Shown: in pieces, positions 16,742-26,599 of the stretch | Layout of the letters: every line of letters begins with the position of its first letter | How positions within the stretch are numbered: position 1 is the first letter of the stretch | Virus record (IMG/VR): IMGVR_UViG_3300032579_000531 | Span: 14,033-78,032 of that record | Strand: one strand, 5' to 3' | DNA from: a virus | Length of the DNA stretch: 64,000 nt | Notes under the pieces: generated by a model | Seen by the model: the letters and a program-made list of their open reading frames with translations, nothing else | What the model was told of the DNA's origin: nothing | The model's database searches: none | Translations under genes and position numbers: made by a program

Positions 16742-16831
16742 TCCGCCCAATGTGCCCTTATACATATTAGCAACGGATTTGATGTAAAACTGCATAACTT
16801 TACCGTTTTTTGTGATTAATGTATATGGCAT
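16688..16831 (-). CDS. small hypothetical protein (47 aa)
   Basis: MPYTLITKNGKVMQFYIKSVA...; AAGGA RBS. Confidence 0.55.
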   Translation of the reverse strand: MPYTLITKNGKVMQFYIKSVANMYKGTLGGVVFTQQILVDPKITNNV

Positions 16832-16849
16832 TTGTATTCCTTATTAATT

Positions 16850-16916
16850 ACTATAACAACAGTATAGCATTTTGGGAATTAATGGTCAATTCGAAATAGT
16901 GTGGGATTTTTGCAAC
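16850..16916 (-). promoter_or_regulatory. early promoter plus GTTG-N8-CAAC-like box
   Basis: TTGACC-17-TATACT; box 16901-16916. Confidence 0.7.
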
Positions 16917-16959
16917 AGAAATTGGTAAATATTAGATATAAAACAATAACGAATTCAAT

Positions 16960-16984
16960 AAAAAACCCGCCTAGTGCGGGTTTT
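16960..16984 (-). terminator. intrinsic terminator
   Basis: aaaacccgc-ctagt-gcgggtttt. Confidence 0.75.
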
Positions 16985-17351
16985 GTTTTATTATAGGTTT
17001 CACGTAAGCAACAGGAATAGTTTTTGCTCCGGATAACCAGTAAGCGCATAATCGATGCCTTCCTTCTACTACGTATAAAGTAGGATCATTGAATTTAACA
17101 TATACAGGAAGAGAGAAGGGTATATTGGCTTTTATTGTTGATATCATACTCTCTACTTTTCTCTTCTCGCCGATTTGTTTCTTAAAATGACCCCATATTC
17201 CTTTTGCCTGCGGAATAAATTTATCAATTGGTTCAGATTTTAAGTCAATGTCAACATTGTCGGGTGTAGTAGAATAAAAAACCCATGCTGCATTGGTCAA
17301 ATCATGTAGATTTGGTTGTGGTTGCAGACCTACAAATTCTTTAGCTCTCAT
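16971..17351 (-). CDS. ParB/Srx-like domain protein
   Basis: PVYV...YVVEGRHRL.A....IPVAYV. Confidence 0.7.
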   Translation of the reverse strand: MRAKEFVGLQPQPNLHDLTNAAWVFYSTTPDNVDIDLKSEPIDKFIPQAKGIWGHFKKQIGEKRKVESMISTIKANIPFSLPVYVKFNDPTLYVVEGRHRLCAYWLSGAKTIPVAYVKPIIKQNPH

Positions 17352-18331
17352 TTTGCACTCGCTACAAACCTTAGGTCTCTGCTTGTGCTGCCCAACTCTT
17401 TTTTCATTTGTGGTCCGGCTTGTTTAACGTCAACACGGGCAACGTGTGTTTCTGGTTCGTCTTGAGTAGTTACATTTACCGGTTCGTCGGTCTTTGTATC
17501 AAATCCGTGTATGTTTAACTTGCGACCGTAACGACGTTCTAATTCTTGCCAAACACGATATCCACCTGTACTTTGTTTGTTGTCTGACACCAGGGTCAAG
17601 CCACGATTTAAAATTAAGAAACCATATAGGTCTGCGGCACGGTACTGATTCTTAGGACCAGAGTAAACACCTTGGATGACAAAACTGTCGCGATTTGATT
17701 TGTACGGACGACCAGTTGTACCCAGCTGACTTGTGCGGGTGCGGGTATCAAATACATAGTAAGTAACAGTACCGCGATCTACCCAAGACCAAAGTTGATA
17801 GCCGTGTCCCATTTCTGCTACTAAGTCGCCCATATGACTAGACTCATCACCTTTGGGTATAGGCTTGCCATCATTAGGCATAACGTCTAAATGTTCACGT
17901 TTGCTTTTGGCAACGCTAGGCACTAACGTAACTTCTGCTACATTTTTAATACCAACGTAAGCCTTTATAGTAGGAATGCCTAATGCTTTTGCTACATTAG
18001 CTCTATGGTAACCATCTAAGATAAATCCATCACCAATAACAATAGGAGGTGCTTTACTAAAGTCCATTGTTTTATATTGTTCTACTTTAGACGAATCTAA
18101 CTTAGGCAAATCTGTCTTAATAGAATTTACAGGAATATCTTTTAATTCAAATCCTGTAAAAGTATTAGTAATATAATCAGTATAATCACTGTGTAAATTT
18201 GAATCGTGATATTTGCGAATATAACCAATAATATCTTCTGTAGAAACAGATTGACTTTCCATAATACCAGTGCTACGACGTAGGCGTAGCTCGTCGCTGA
18301 TTTCGTTTAGGAATAACTCAGATATTAACAT
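17348..18331 (-). CDS. ParB/Srx-like plus GNAT-like two-domain protein
   Basis: PPIVI..ILDGYHR; C-terminal AADLY..L..LVSD..QS.GG..VW; start MLISELF (TAATG coupling). Confidence 0.65.
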   Translation of the reverse strand: MLISELFLNEISDELRLRRSTGIMESQSVSTEDIIGYIRKYHDSNLHSDYTDYITNTFTGFELKDIPVNSIKTDLPKLDSSKVEQYKTMDFSKAPPIVIGDGFILDGYHRANVAKALGIPTIKAYVGIKNVAEVTLVPSVAKSKREHLDVMPNDGKPIPKGDESSHMGDLVAEMGHGYQLWSWVDRGTVTYYVFDTRTRTSQLGTTGRPYKSNRDSFVIQGVYSGPKNQYRAADLYGFLILNRGLTLVSDNKQSTGGYRVWQELERRYGRKLNIHGFDTKTDEPVNVTTQDEPETHVARVDVKQAGPQMKKELGSTSRDLRFVASAK

Positions 18332-21126
18332 TACGTACTCATCTTTGCTCGACAACTAAACAAGCTAGGATCTTCTGCGCCGATACCACGTAACCAGGCC
18401 TGTGCTGTTGACCACGCACTGGTTTGGTCGTGGTCAGCAAAGGTGTGTACTACGTTTCCAGAATCAAGCTCGTATACAATCCACAGTGGAACACCATTGG
18501 GTGCTGTTGCTTGTACAGGATCGCCTGAACGGTATTGTATATACGCATCATCTCTACCAGTCAAATCATTCACATATCGTTTGGCATCTATTGCCAGGTC
18601 TCGTAACTGTGATGAATGCCCGGGCATGGTTGGCAAGAAACCATAGATCCTGTTATCACTGCCGCCACGTACTTCATAGTAGTCGCCAGTACTAGGACGT
18701 TGACTTAACATTCCCGCCGGCGGGGTAGTATTGTCTTGTTGCGGAGTACGATTTGCTACACGTTCTGCGCTGGCATCAGTTGGAACACTACTCATAGTAA
18801 CTTCGCTACCACGTCTGCTTTCGATGCCTCGTTTAACTGCTTGCGCTTGAATCAACGTAATATCGTGAACTTGATCTATTAGATTACCGCTGCTATCTTT
18901 AAACTGCCAAGTGCGTGGAACAGTATTGGCATCGTTTGCATCTTTTGGTGTGTCTTTTTCGTTGTGCAGTTCTAAATCGTCTACACTATCAAAATCGTGT
19001 TGCTGTGCTACCTTGACCAATAGTTTCTGTGCTTCTTCACGACTGACATTCATAATAGTATCAACCACACGGCCAGTTGGACGATAAACAACGTTCCAAT
19101 TTGGTTTAGGTGCTTTGATACGTTTGGCTAGCTTTTCACGCTGACTCAACTCTGGTGCAGGTGCATCTGGATCTGCTGGACGTAAGTTAAATCCAATACC
19201 TTCTTTGCTGTACTTGTCGTATACTGAATCAGCAGCTTCGCCTTTGGTAGCAAAGCCGTTTAGAGTTTCTAGTGTTTCACCTGTGTTGACATCGTAAACT
19301 TCCCAGTCGCCTGTGGCACTACGCATTGGACGTAAGGTGTATTCCTTCTGGAAACCTTCCATACTACCGCCGGGACTGATTTTCTGTTTGGCACGTTCCC
19401 ACGCATCGGATTTGGTATAACCGTTGTACTCTTGACCAACAACGGCCTTGCCTGTGGCATCCCATAGTTTCCAATCGCCTTTGGGTTCGTTGCTTAGAGC
19501 TTTATCGGCCCAGCTCTTTTTAAGTTCTTCACTGCTGATAGCACCTGTGGCAAAACGTGCAAATAAATCCAATGCAGGATCACCTTCTACTGGTGCAATA
19601 AGTTTGTACAACTTCTTGTAGTATTCTTTGCGTTCTAGATCGGGACGGCTGGCAATATACATAGCCTGTGCATAGCGCATCAGGGTATTTTGTAATTTAG
19701 CGATATCTTCAAAGTAGTTTGTACCACCAGCTGAGCGGAACTCGATATACTTGGCACCTTTACGTTTAGTAGGATCTGGACTAGTATTTGCACCTTGTGG
19801 GTTAATACTTGTATACTTGCCAAAGCCAGCATTGCTGATCTCTAGAGCCTTTTGTGCTAGTTCCAACAGGTTGTGCTTCATTAGTTCTAGCGCACCAGCT
19901 ACAGCTTCTTTGTTGCCACGCACACGTGTCTTGATCTTTTTCATTGCGGCTTCGGCATAGTGATTACTAGCACGACCAAATGATTCTAGCACGTGTTCAT
20001 CACCTAAGAATAGTGCTAGTTTAACATAGTCAACATCGCCGCCCTTGTTAGGTAAACTAACGCCCATATGGAAGCCAGTTGATTCGTTAGAATAAGCACC
20101 ATTGGACTCGGCCCATTCAAAGAACTGTTGCAACTTGGCTAAACATTCTTGTAAGGGCATAGGAGGACTAACAATCTCTACTGGCATGTTGTCCGAATCG
20201 TCTGCATCTAAACTTGAATCTGGTTCAAAAATCCAAGTTTCATCATCACGTGTAGCTGAATGATATCCACCGGACACTTTGGTTTTAACACCTAATTCTT
20301 TACTTAAACTATCAGCTAAACTGCGAGCATTATCTTCGCTGAATCCACCCTCACTGCTCTGACCAGTGTAAGTAATAACGGGCCACACCAATTGAAATTC
20401 ACTAGCAATGTCACTCATCCAACGCAGGCCAACATCACCAAAGAAACTACTATCGTCATCGACATAAAAATCATTGCGGAAGTCATCTAATGCTGAGTCG
20501 TAAGTGCCATCTTGTGCTTTAATACTGTCTTGAACTAGTTCGTCTAGTAGGCCTTCTGCTTCTTCGCGAGCATTAATATAGTTTGCATAGGCTTTGTTTG
20601 TTTTCATTGCCTCACGTTGTTCAACGGAGCTATTAAATTGAGGAGCCTCACTACCTTGTATCAAGGCATCGCTAACTTCATCTTCGGACAGATCCATCAA
20701 CTCTAACTGTTTACGAGTTTCGTCATCCCAATCAAAATCATCTTCTTCGATAATTTTTTTAATTAAATCTTCTTGCTCATCACGGAAAGCATCGTACATT
20801 TTCTCGTCGACCCATTCCATATACTTTTCATCTAGCCCTTCTTGTAACTTATCCAAGTCTCGGCCATATGTAGCATAACCGTACTCGTCGTTACCGAAAA
20901 AGTTTATAACATCATCGATGCTATTGCAACGCTCGTCAGCATCATAATCGGGTTCGGGATCTTCATCGTAATCGGCTTCACCGCCTTGTCCGGTAAACAC
21001 AAGTTCTGCTTCAAATCCGGCCATGATGCCTTCTGCTTCGGGGCTACTAGCAAACTGCTGTAACGAACGAGGATTCATGCGAAGCTCGTCTAATTGTTGT
21101 TCGGAAAGTAGGTCTTTATATCTCAT
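18331..21126 (-). CDS. putative amidoligase (COOH-NH2 ligase) domain protein with C-terminal repeats
   Basis: GFEAEL, EPDSSL, EIVSPP, STGFHMGVS, KYTSIN, IEFRSAGG motifs. Confidence 0.75.
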   Translation of the reverse strand: MRYKDLLSEQQLDELRMNPRSLQQFASSPEAEGIMAGFEAELVFTGQGGEADYDEDPEPDYDADERCNSIDDVINFFGNDEYGYATYGRDLDKLQEGLDEKYMEWVDEKMYDAFRDEQEDLIKKIIEEDDFDWDDETRKQLELMDLSEDEVSDALIQGSEAPQFNSSVEQREAMKTNKAYANYINAREEAEGLLDELVQDSIKAQDGTYDSALDDFRNDFYVDDDSSFFGDVGLRWMSDIASEFQLVWPVITYTGQSSEGGFSEDNARSLADSLSKELGVKTKVSGGYHSATRDDETWIFEPDSSLDADDSDNMPVEIVSPPMPLQECLAKLQQFFEWAESNGAYSNESTGFHMGVSLPNKGGDVDYVKLALFLGDEHVLESFGRASNHYAEAAMKKIKTRVRGNKEAVAGALELMKHNLLELAQKALEISNAGFGKYTSINPQGANTSPDPTKRKGAKYIEFRSAGGTNYFEDIAKLQNTLMRYAQAMYIASRPDLERKEYYKKLYKLIAPVEGDPALDLFARFATGAISSEELKKSWADKALSNEPKGDWKLWDATGKAVVGQEYNGYTKSDAWERAKQKISPGGSMEGFQKEYTLRPMRSATGDWEVYDVNTGETLETLNGFATKGEAADSVYDKYSKEGIGFNLRPADPDAPAPELSQREKLAKRIKAPKPNWNVVYRPTGRVVDTIMNVSREEAQKLLVKVAQQHDFDSVDDLELHNEKDTPKDANDANTVPRTWQFKDSSGNLIDQVHDITLIQAQAVKRGIESRRGSEVTMSSVPTDASAERVANRTPQQDNTTPPAGMLSQRPSTGDYYEVRGGSDNRIYGFLPTMPGHSSQLRDLAIDAKRYVNDLTGRDDAYIQYRSGDPVQATAPNGVPLWIVYELDSGNVVHTFADHDQTSAWSTAQAWLRGIGAEDPSLFSCRAKMST

Positions 21127-21192
21127 AATCAGTCATAAAAATAGGGTAGATTTAGTCTACCCTAGTATTTATCATGCTACAGTCTTAGATGA

Positions 21193-22026
21193 TTAATCTG
21201 CGTCTGCGTTGGCACCGCATTTGGCACGTTTAGCGTTGGTTAATGCACCAAAGTTAACTGGCCATTCTTTACCTGGTTGTAGTTCAACACCGCCTGGTGG
21301 CAATGCAAACTGTACTCCAGCGTCTTGCATAATAGTAGCAACAGGCACACGGAACTTGGTTAAGTCATTGCCCAAGTTTGGATATGGTGCTGTGTGTGGG
21401 AATCCCCATCCAGCGTACTGTTTAGTTTGGTTATCAATAACAATCTTGTAAAAGCCATGTGGTACAACTACGCCTTTACCAATTGTTTTGTCGCCTGGGC
21501 CATATAAACCGCCAGCAATAACTGTAAATGAGTTGTTGCCTTGTACTGCCCAACCACGTACACTAGTTTCTAATAGTTTCCAGATACCACGGTTCAAACT
21601 ACCTGCTTGTGGACTCATGTTAGTCATTAGGAATGATTCAAATTCAACCTGTGTGTCCCATGATAAGTCACCATCGGGTGCCATATGGCCTTTGTCGTAA
21701 CCTGTGCCAGCATAGTCGCCAGGAACAGCGCCATTTTGAACAAATTGATTTGGAGCAAATGCGTTAGTACGAGCAACACAACCTAATGCGTTTTGTGGTA
21801 ATAGTTCATACATTACATAGTTAGGTAACTTGGCAGCCGCATCGTAACCTACCAAATATGCTTGTTGGCAAATTGGTTGTAGTTGACGTTGAGTCTGTGG
21901 GAAACCGTAGGGTGCGTGTACCGCACATTGAGCTGGTGGAAACGGCTGACGCTGTGTCCACGCACTAGCTTGAGTACTTGCTAGAGCTGTTACTGCAAAT
22001 GCCAAAATGGCTAATAGTTTTTTCAT
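21193..22026 (-). CDS. secreted DNA/RNA non-specific endonuclease
   Basis: Signal peptide; YDKGHMAP, SFLMTNMSPQ, LNRGIWKLLE. Confidence 0.92.
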   Translation of the reverse strand: MKKLLAILAFAVTALASTQASAWTQRQPFPPAQCAVHAPYGFPQTQRQLQPICQQAYLVGYDAAAKLPNYVMYELLPQNALGCVARTNAFAPNQFVQNGAVPGDYAGTGYDKGHMAPDGDLSWDTQVEFESFLMTNMSPQAGSLNRGIWKLLETSVRGWAVQGNNSFTVIAGGLYGPGDKTIGKGVVVPHGFYKIVIDNQTKQYAGWGFPHTAPYPNLGNDLTKFRVPVATIMQDAGVQFALPPGGVELQPGKEWPVNFGALTNAKRAKCGANADAD

Positions 22027-22047
22027 TATTGAAAATCTCCTTGTAAT

Positions 22048-22977
22048 TTATTTAGTGTGTGGTACCAACGCAGGTATGGTTTCTATTCCACGTGCTCTTG
22101 CGGCTGTAACTCTGTGGTTTCCGTCAAGTACCCAGCCCTCTGCATCTGCTACTACAGGGCGATTCTTAATGTCGCTTGGGGTGATGTTTTCAACGTGATC
22201 CCAGTCAATGTCAATGACACGACGGTAAGGGTCATCTTGATGTACATATTCAGGAGTTTTTAAATCTGCCACGGGTATATTTTTTAATAACCAAACTTTA
22301 TGTGCTAAGATAGGTTTAGGCATATGGTATTCATCATGTATGCCTTGTACATACTTTAACACCTGACGACTAGTATACATACCACCTTTACGTGACACAT
22401 CAATTAATTCTTCATCTTCTGACACTTCTAATTTCTTAGGTTCTATCTTGCCGGCAAGTGCTTTTGATAATTGATGTAAGGTATGTTTATAATCTTTGTC
22501 TTTGTGCAATATACCAATACCACCATTGGCTTCCCAAAGTTTGATGTTGGTATCCCAGTCATCTATTAAGATGTTGGGCGTGCCGTTGGCCTGGCGAGCA
22601 AATTTAAACTTTTCGTGATCAAATATAATTGCTTGCGGTTGATGTGCTCTTAGATATTTCTTTAACCAATCAGATTTTCCCTCTGAACTATCCTCAACAT
22701 TACTCATTAAGGGGCTACTCAAAATACTATACTTGTCTGTTAATTTTAAAATACCTGTCATTAAGCGTCCAGCATTTGGTAAGGGCGGTAGCTCTGCAAA
22801 AAAGCCAGGCTTCTTTGCAATTTGATCGACCCCTAATTCTTTACGGTGTATTTCGCGCCAGTATGCAACATCGTGCGCTTGTGCAACTTCGCCAAAGAAA
22901 TCGGCTAGGACGCCGTCCATATCAACATAGATTATGGGACGGGTTTCGTATTTGGATTTAAACTCTGTTGACCTCAT
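22048..22977 (-). CDS. HAD 5'(3')-deoxyribonucleotidase fused to a ParB/Srx-like domain
   Basis: IYVDMDGVLADF, ILIDD; C-terminal VLDGNHRVTAA. Confidence 0.85.
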   Translation of the reverse strand: MRSTEFKSKYETRPIIYVDMDGVLADFFGEVAQAHDVAYWREIHRKELGVDQIAKKPGFFAELPPLPNAGRLMTGILKLTDKYSILSSPLMSNVEDSSEGKSDWLKKYLRAHQPQAIIFDHEKFKFARQANGTPNILIDDWDTNIKLWEANGGIGILHKDKDYKHTLHQLSKALAGKIEPKKLEVSEDEELIDVSRKGGMYTSRQVLKYVQGIHDEYHMPKPILAHKVWLLKNIPVADLKTPEYVHQDDPYRRVIDIDWDHVENITPSDIKNRPVVADAEGWVLDGNHRVTAARARGIETIPALVPHTK

Positions 22978-23003
22978 AGTGTATTTATGAGGTAGTATCT
23001 TGC

Positions 23004-23558
23004 CTAGCCGTATAATTCCTGGTACCAGGATAAGTTCTTTTGCAAGAACATATGGTACATATTACGCTGTTTAATGCAGATCTCTTTGTTAATAGTGATC
23101 CAGTCTGCAGGTGCTAGTTTAACTTCTACTTCACTATCACCGTAGCAGTTTTTAGTTTCTAGCCCATGCTTATGACATAAGTGTTGTATGGGCTTGTTCC
23201 ACCCTAAACAATGCATATAAAGCTCTTTATATCTGCGGTTTCGTGCCCAGAATATGGCCTCTTCTAGCATGGTGCCAGCAATGCCCTGTCCGCGGAAGTC
23301 TTCGTGTACAATGACACCAAACTCCACAGCACGATTGCTTATTGCAATATGAATAGTACCAGCCCAACGATTACCTTCTCGAGCTACCAGGAAGTAGTGT
23401 TCGTCTGGATTGCCAATGATACGATCCATTAGGCTATCAATAACATACTGACTGCCTGCTACGCCAAAATATAACTGACGAGTTTCTTCGTCCTGAATTA
23501 ATAACCAGTCGCGATACTGTGAGTAGTCTTTAACGGGTAAAAATTCAGTAATGATCAT
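23004..23558 (-). CDS. GNAT acetyltransferase
   Basis: EFGVIVHEDFRGQGIAG, N.PIQHL..KHG. Confidence 0.85.
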   Translation of the reverse strand: MIITEFLPVKDYSQYRDWLLIQDEETRQLYFGVAGSQYVIDSLMDRIIGNPDEHYFLVAREGNRWAGTIHIAISNRAVEFGVIVHEDFRGQGIAGTMLEEAIFWARNRRYKELYMHCLGWNKPIQHLCHKHGLETKNCYGDSEVEVKLAPADWITINKEICIKQRNMYHMFLQKNLSWYQELYG

Positions 23559-23559
23559 T

Positions 23560-23652
23560 TTAGTACCACTGTCCATTGACCATACGTGCTTTAACTGTAC
23601 GAGTACGTGCTTCTACCCAGGCCGCATATAGTTCTTTTAAAAATTCACGCAT
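23560..23652 (-). CDS. 30-aa peptide
   Basis: MREFLKELYAAWVEARTRTVKARMVNGQWY; TAATG-coupled to the upstream ORF, 1-nt gap to the GNAT start. Confidence 0.55.
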   Translation of the reverse strand: MREFLKELYAAWVEARTRTVKARMVNGQWY

Positions 23653-23792
23653 TATAAACCTCTGAATTCAAAATACTTTTGCCAATATTCTGCATCGGCA
23701 TGTGTTTTTGGTTCTTTAGCTGTTACAAACTGTTCTAAGGCGCTTGGTTGTGTTACAAAAAACTTGGTAAGTTCTTTTAATAGTTTTGACAT
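23652..23792 (-). CDS. 46-aa protein, DUF3563-like
   Basis: GAGGAG RBS; MSKLLKELTKFF...LEQFVTAKEPKTHADAEYWQK. Confidence 0.6.
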   Translation of the reverse strand: MSKLLKELTKFFVTQPSALEQFVTAKEPKTHADAEYWQKYFEFRGL

Positions 23793-23832
23793 TTTGTGTC
23801 TCCTCATGGTTTCTACTTAGTATTAAGTATAA

Positions 23833-23859
23833 ACTTATTTATCATGCAGAGCAACATTT
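23833..23859 (-). promoter_or_regulatory. PhaR-like TGC-N3-GCA box adjoining a TAAATA late promoter
   Basis: AAATGTTGC-TCTGCATG-ATAAATAAGT; second copy at 30874-30900. Confidence 0.6.
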
Positions 23860-23867
23860 ATTCAAAA

Positions 23868-24122
23868 TTATTTTACCGGTTTAAGTAACCATCCCTGTCC
23901 AGAATGTTCATGTAGCCACGAGTAGAATGGTGCAGGAATGTTTAGGATACCGTTGTTGTGTGCTAGATATTGATATTTGGGCAGTATTTCGTAACCGTTT
24001 ATTGTAGTCGGCTGTGTACTATCTAATGTTATGGTATCAAATAATCCCGCACTAGTTTCTATTCCATCTATTAGAATAGTTAGTTGAGTCTTAGTAGCCA
24101 GCAGATCTGAGTAGTTCTTCAT
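23868..24122 (-). CDS. hypothetical protein
   Basis: Overlaps the end of the radical SAM gene. Confidence 0.6.
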   Translation of the reverse strand: MKNYSDLLATKTQLTILIDGIETSAGLFDTITLDSTQPTTINGYEILPKYQYLAHNNGILNIPAPFYSWLHEHSGQGWLLKPVK

Positions 24123-25365
24123 ATTCGGGTAAGTACCTTAGGATGCCATTGTTTCTACTGGCTTCTAATAATTTAATGTAGTCAACAAGAGCAGGCAGTC
24201 TAAATGATTCGTCTGGTTGATTTTCCAAGTAATCTATATAACTACGAGCATCTTGGATAATCTGTTGCTGGGCAACTGCGGGATGTCTGGTGTTTATAAT
24301 TTGTTCAGTGTTTGTGCTATCGTATCTATTGATCCAGCTAGATAATCTTTCTATCACCTGCGGTCTAACTGCCATGGGCAGTACACTAGGACGCATAAAT
24401 GCTGGGTCGTTTAAAAAATTACAACTCTCAACAGCTATATTATGATTATAAGCATATTCGTATACAGTATCAAGATGCCATATAGTAAAGATAGTTGGAG
24501 TAATTCTTAACTGCACTAACCAGCTGGATTCCTGTGCAATTTCTATCCACTGCTCCATGATTTTAACAGAGTCGTCGATATTGCCGCCATATCTAACGTA
24601 ATCGTTTAATGGATGAATACATTCAATACTCATGCCAAGATTAACCTGCTCAAACTGTTTGAGTAAATCAACTATACTTTGATCCCATACAGTAAGGTTA
24701 GTAGTAAACCCCACTGTAATTGTTTTATGCAAATTTTCTTCTATTAGAGTTTCTAATATTCGTTTAAAGCCGGGAGTGATTAATGTTTCACCGCCGATAA
24801 AGTGTAGGTATTTAATTGTTGTACTTGCTCGTAATGCATCAAGGAAGGTATTGAACTTGGCTGGATCTTCGCACCAGCTGGCACGCGGAGTTTGGTCAAT
24901 TATTCCTATGCGTTTAAATTCTGATGCCAACTTGCTACTACTTGCTGGGTCACAGAATATACAAGCACTATTACAAAAGTTGCCTAGGTCAATTTGCCAG
25001 TCTTGCGGAGTTTGCTTTGTGACTGTATTTTTAAATTCATCAACCCAGGGACTTGATAACATGGTGTTAGTGAAGTCATTCAATTGAACACCAGTTTTAA
25101 GTAATTGTTTTTGACGACCACTTACTTTACCGTGCGCTTCCATTTGATAACATTCTGTACAACCTAACAATTTTTCCCCACGTAACATAGACTCACGTAC
25201 AGGAGCCATACCTTGTTGGAAAAACTCTAACGGAGCTGTGTCAGCAATGCTGGGCAAACTTGTTCTGTCCTGCTTGGTTGCCCAACGACAATATTCATAA
25301 TGCCCAGAGTTATTGATTCTCATATGGAACCAAGGGCTCGGGCAAAATGAATCTTTAAATGTCAT
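24091..25365 (-). CDS. radical SAM protein with N-terminal twitch/SPASM-like Cys region
   Basis: CNSACIFC, GGETL, TTN; N-terminal CPSPW..C..C..C. Confidence 0.88.
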   Translation of the reverse strand: MTFKDSFCPSPWFHMRINNSGHYEYCRWATKQDRTSLPSIADTAPLEFFQQGMAPVRESMLRGEKLLGCTECYQMEAHGKVSGRQKQLLKTGVQLNDFTNTMLSSPWVDEFKNTVTKQTPQDWQIDLGNFCNSACIFCDPASSSKLASEFKRIGIIDQTPRASWCEDPAKFNTFLDALRASTTIKYLHFIGGETLITPGFKRILETLIEENLHKTITVGFTTNLTVWDQSIVDLLKQFEQVNLGMSIECIHPLNDYVRYGGNIDDSVKIMEQWIEIAQESSWLVQLRITPTIFTIWHLDTVYEYAYNHNIAVESCNFLNDPAFMRPSVLPMAVRPQVIERLSSWINRYDSTNTEQIINTRHPAVAQQQIIQDARSYIDYLENQPDESFRLPALVDYIKLLEASRNNGILRYLPEYEELLRSAGY

Positions 25366-25982
25366 CGTTTAGTAACAACCTCGTCTGCAAGTCCATATGC
25401 AACTGCTTCTTCCGCTGACAGGAATGTGTCAAACTTCATAGCTTCGTAAAGTTCATCATACTCTTTGCCTGCGGTGTTGTGACGTGCATACAGTTCAGTT
25501 AGACGTTTATTAATACGAACGCTTTCTTCGAATGTACGCTTTGCATCTTCGAACTGCAAGTCTTGTACGTGTACACTACCACGTGTACCTGGAGTACCTG
25601 AACTAACACGATGGATCATTGTGCGTGATTCTGGAAGAACTATTCGCTTACCTGCGGTGCCTGCCTGTGCAAGGAAGCTACCCATGGAGCAGGCCTGTCC
25701 TAATACTATAGTGGATACATCAGGTTTGATAAACTGCATTGTATCGTAGATAGCTAGGCCTGCTGTAACGCTGCCACCAGGGCTGTTGATGTAGAATAAT
25801 ATGTCCGCATCTGGATTTTCACTTTCTAAAAATAACATCTGGGCAACAATTAAACTAGAACTGTGTTCGTTTACGTCTGTGTCCAGCATAACAATACGGT
25901 CACGCAACAAACGACTATAGATGTCGTAAGCACGTTCGCCATTGGCAGTTTTTTCCAGAACGGTAGGTACAAAATTAGGCAT
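25362..25982 (-). CDS. clpP: Clp protease proteolytic subunit
   Basis: DIYSRLLRDRI, YINSPGG, GQACSMG, MIH, GLADEV. Confidence 0.95.
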   Translation of the reverse strand: MPNFVPTVLEKTANGERAYDIYSRLLRDRIVMLDTDVNEHSSSLIVAQMLFLESENPDADILFYINSPGGSVTAGLAIYDTMQFIKPDVSTIVLGQACSMGSFLAQAGTAGKRIVLPESRTMIHRVSSGTPGTRGSVHVQDLQFEDAKRTFEESVRINKRLTELYARHNTAGKEYDELYEAMKFDTFLSAEEAVAYGLADEVVTKR

Positions 25983-26035
25983 AACTTTCCTTAGTTGAAT
26001 TGATTGTTTATTGTAACAGAAAAGCTATTGTGTGT

Positions 26036-26524
26036 CTAGCACTTTGTAAAGTCTTGATGTTTAAACCAACGCTTCTGACCGTGTGCTGTTTTTAAGTTAA
26101 GTCCATAGTATTCAAAGCGTTCGCGGAACATAAAGAAATCTGGACCATGTGCGCCACTGTGTTTATCCATGATACCGCCACATGCTTCAAAACGGTGTAT
26201 GTCCCATTGGTACTGGTGAACCATTTCGTGTGCCAGGGTTTGCAAGAACCATTGTTGGCAAAACCATTTATCCATGATTTTAATAGTGCAGTAACTACCG
26301 GTATGGTCATAGTCGTTTTCCCATTGGCAAAATCCCCAGGTCTGTCGACGTACACCCTGTTCTATTTCGGGCTTGCGTAAACGGTTATCAAACAGGTAAC
26401 GATTGCAGATATTATATGCGTAGTTTATATCTGCGTAGCTAGGGCGGAACTGTAAACGTCGCTGGTACGTTATACTGGGAAGTTCTGCTTCCATTAATGC
26501 ACGGATTGGATTCGGTCTAGCCAT
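26036..26524 (-). CDS. SprT-like zinc metalloprotease
   Basis: TLAHEMVHQYQ...HGPDF; start MARPNP after GAGGG. Confidence 0.8.
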   Translation of the reverse strand: MARPNPIRALMEAELPSITYQRRLQFRPSYADINYAYNICNRYLFDNRLRKPEIEQGVRRQTWGFCQWENDYDHTGSYCTIKIMDKWFCQQWFLQTLAHEMVHQYQWDIHRFEACGGIMDKHSGAHGPDFFMFRERFEYYGLNLKTAHGQKRWFKHQDFTKC

Positions 26525-26527
26525 TGA

Positions 26528-26571
26528 AATGCCCTCGCTCAAGTATTTATATAATACTCCTGGAGGGCATT
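26528..26571 (-). promoter_or_regulatory. late promoter TATAAATA inside an RBS-sequestering hairpin
   Basis: AATGCCCTC...TATAAATA...GAGGGCATT-TCA-ATG. Confidence 0.7.
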
Positions 26572-26599
26572 AACTACTAGTTTATACTACATAAACGGC

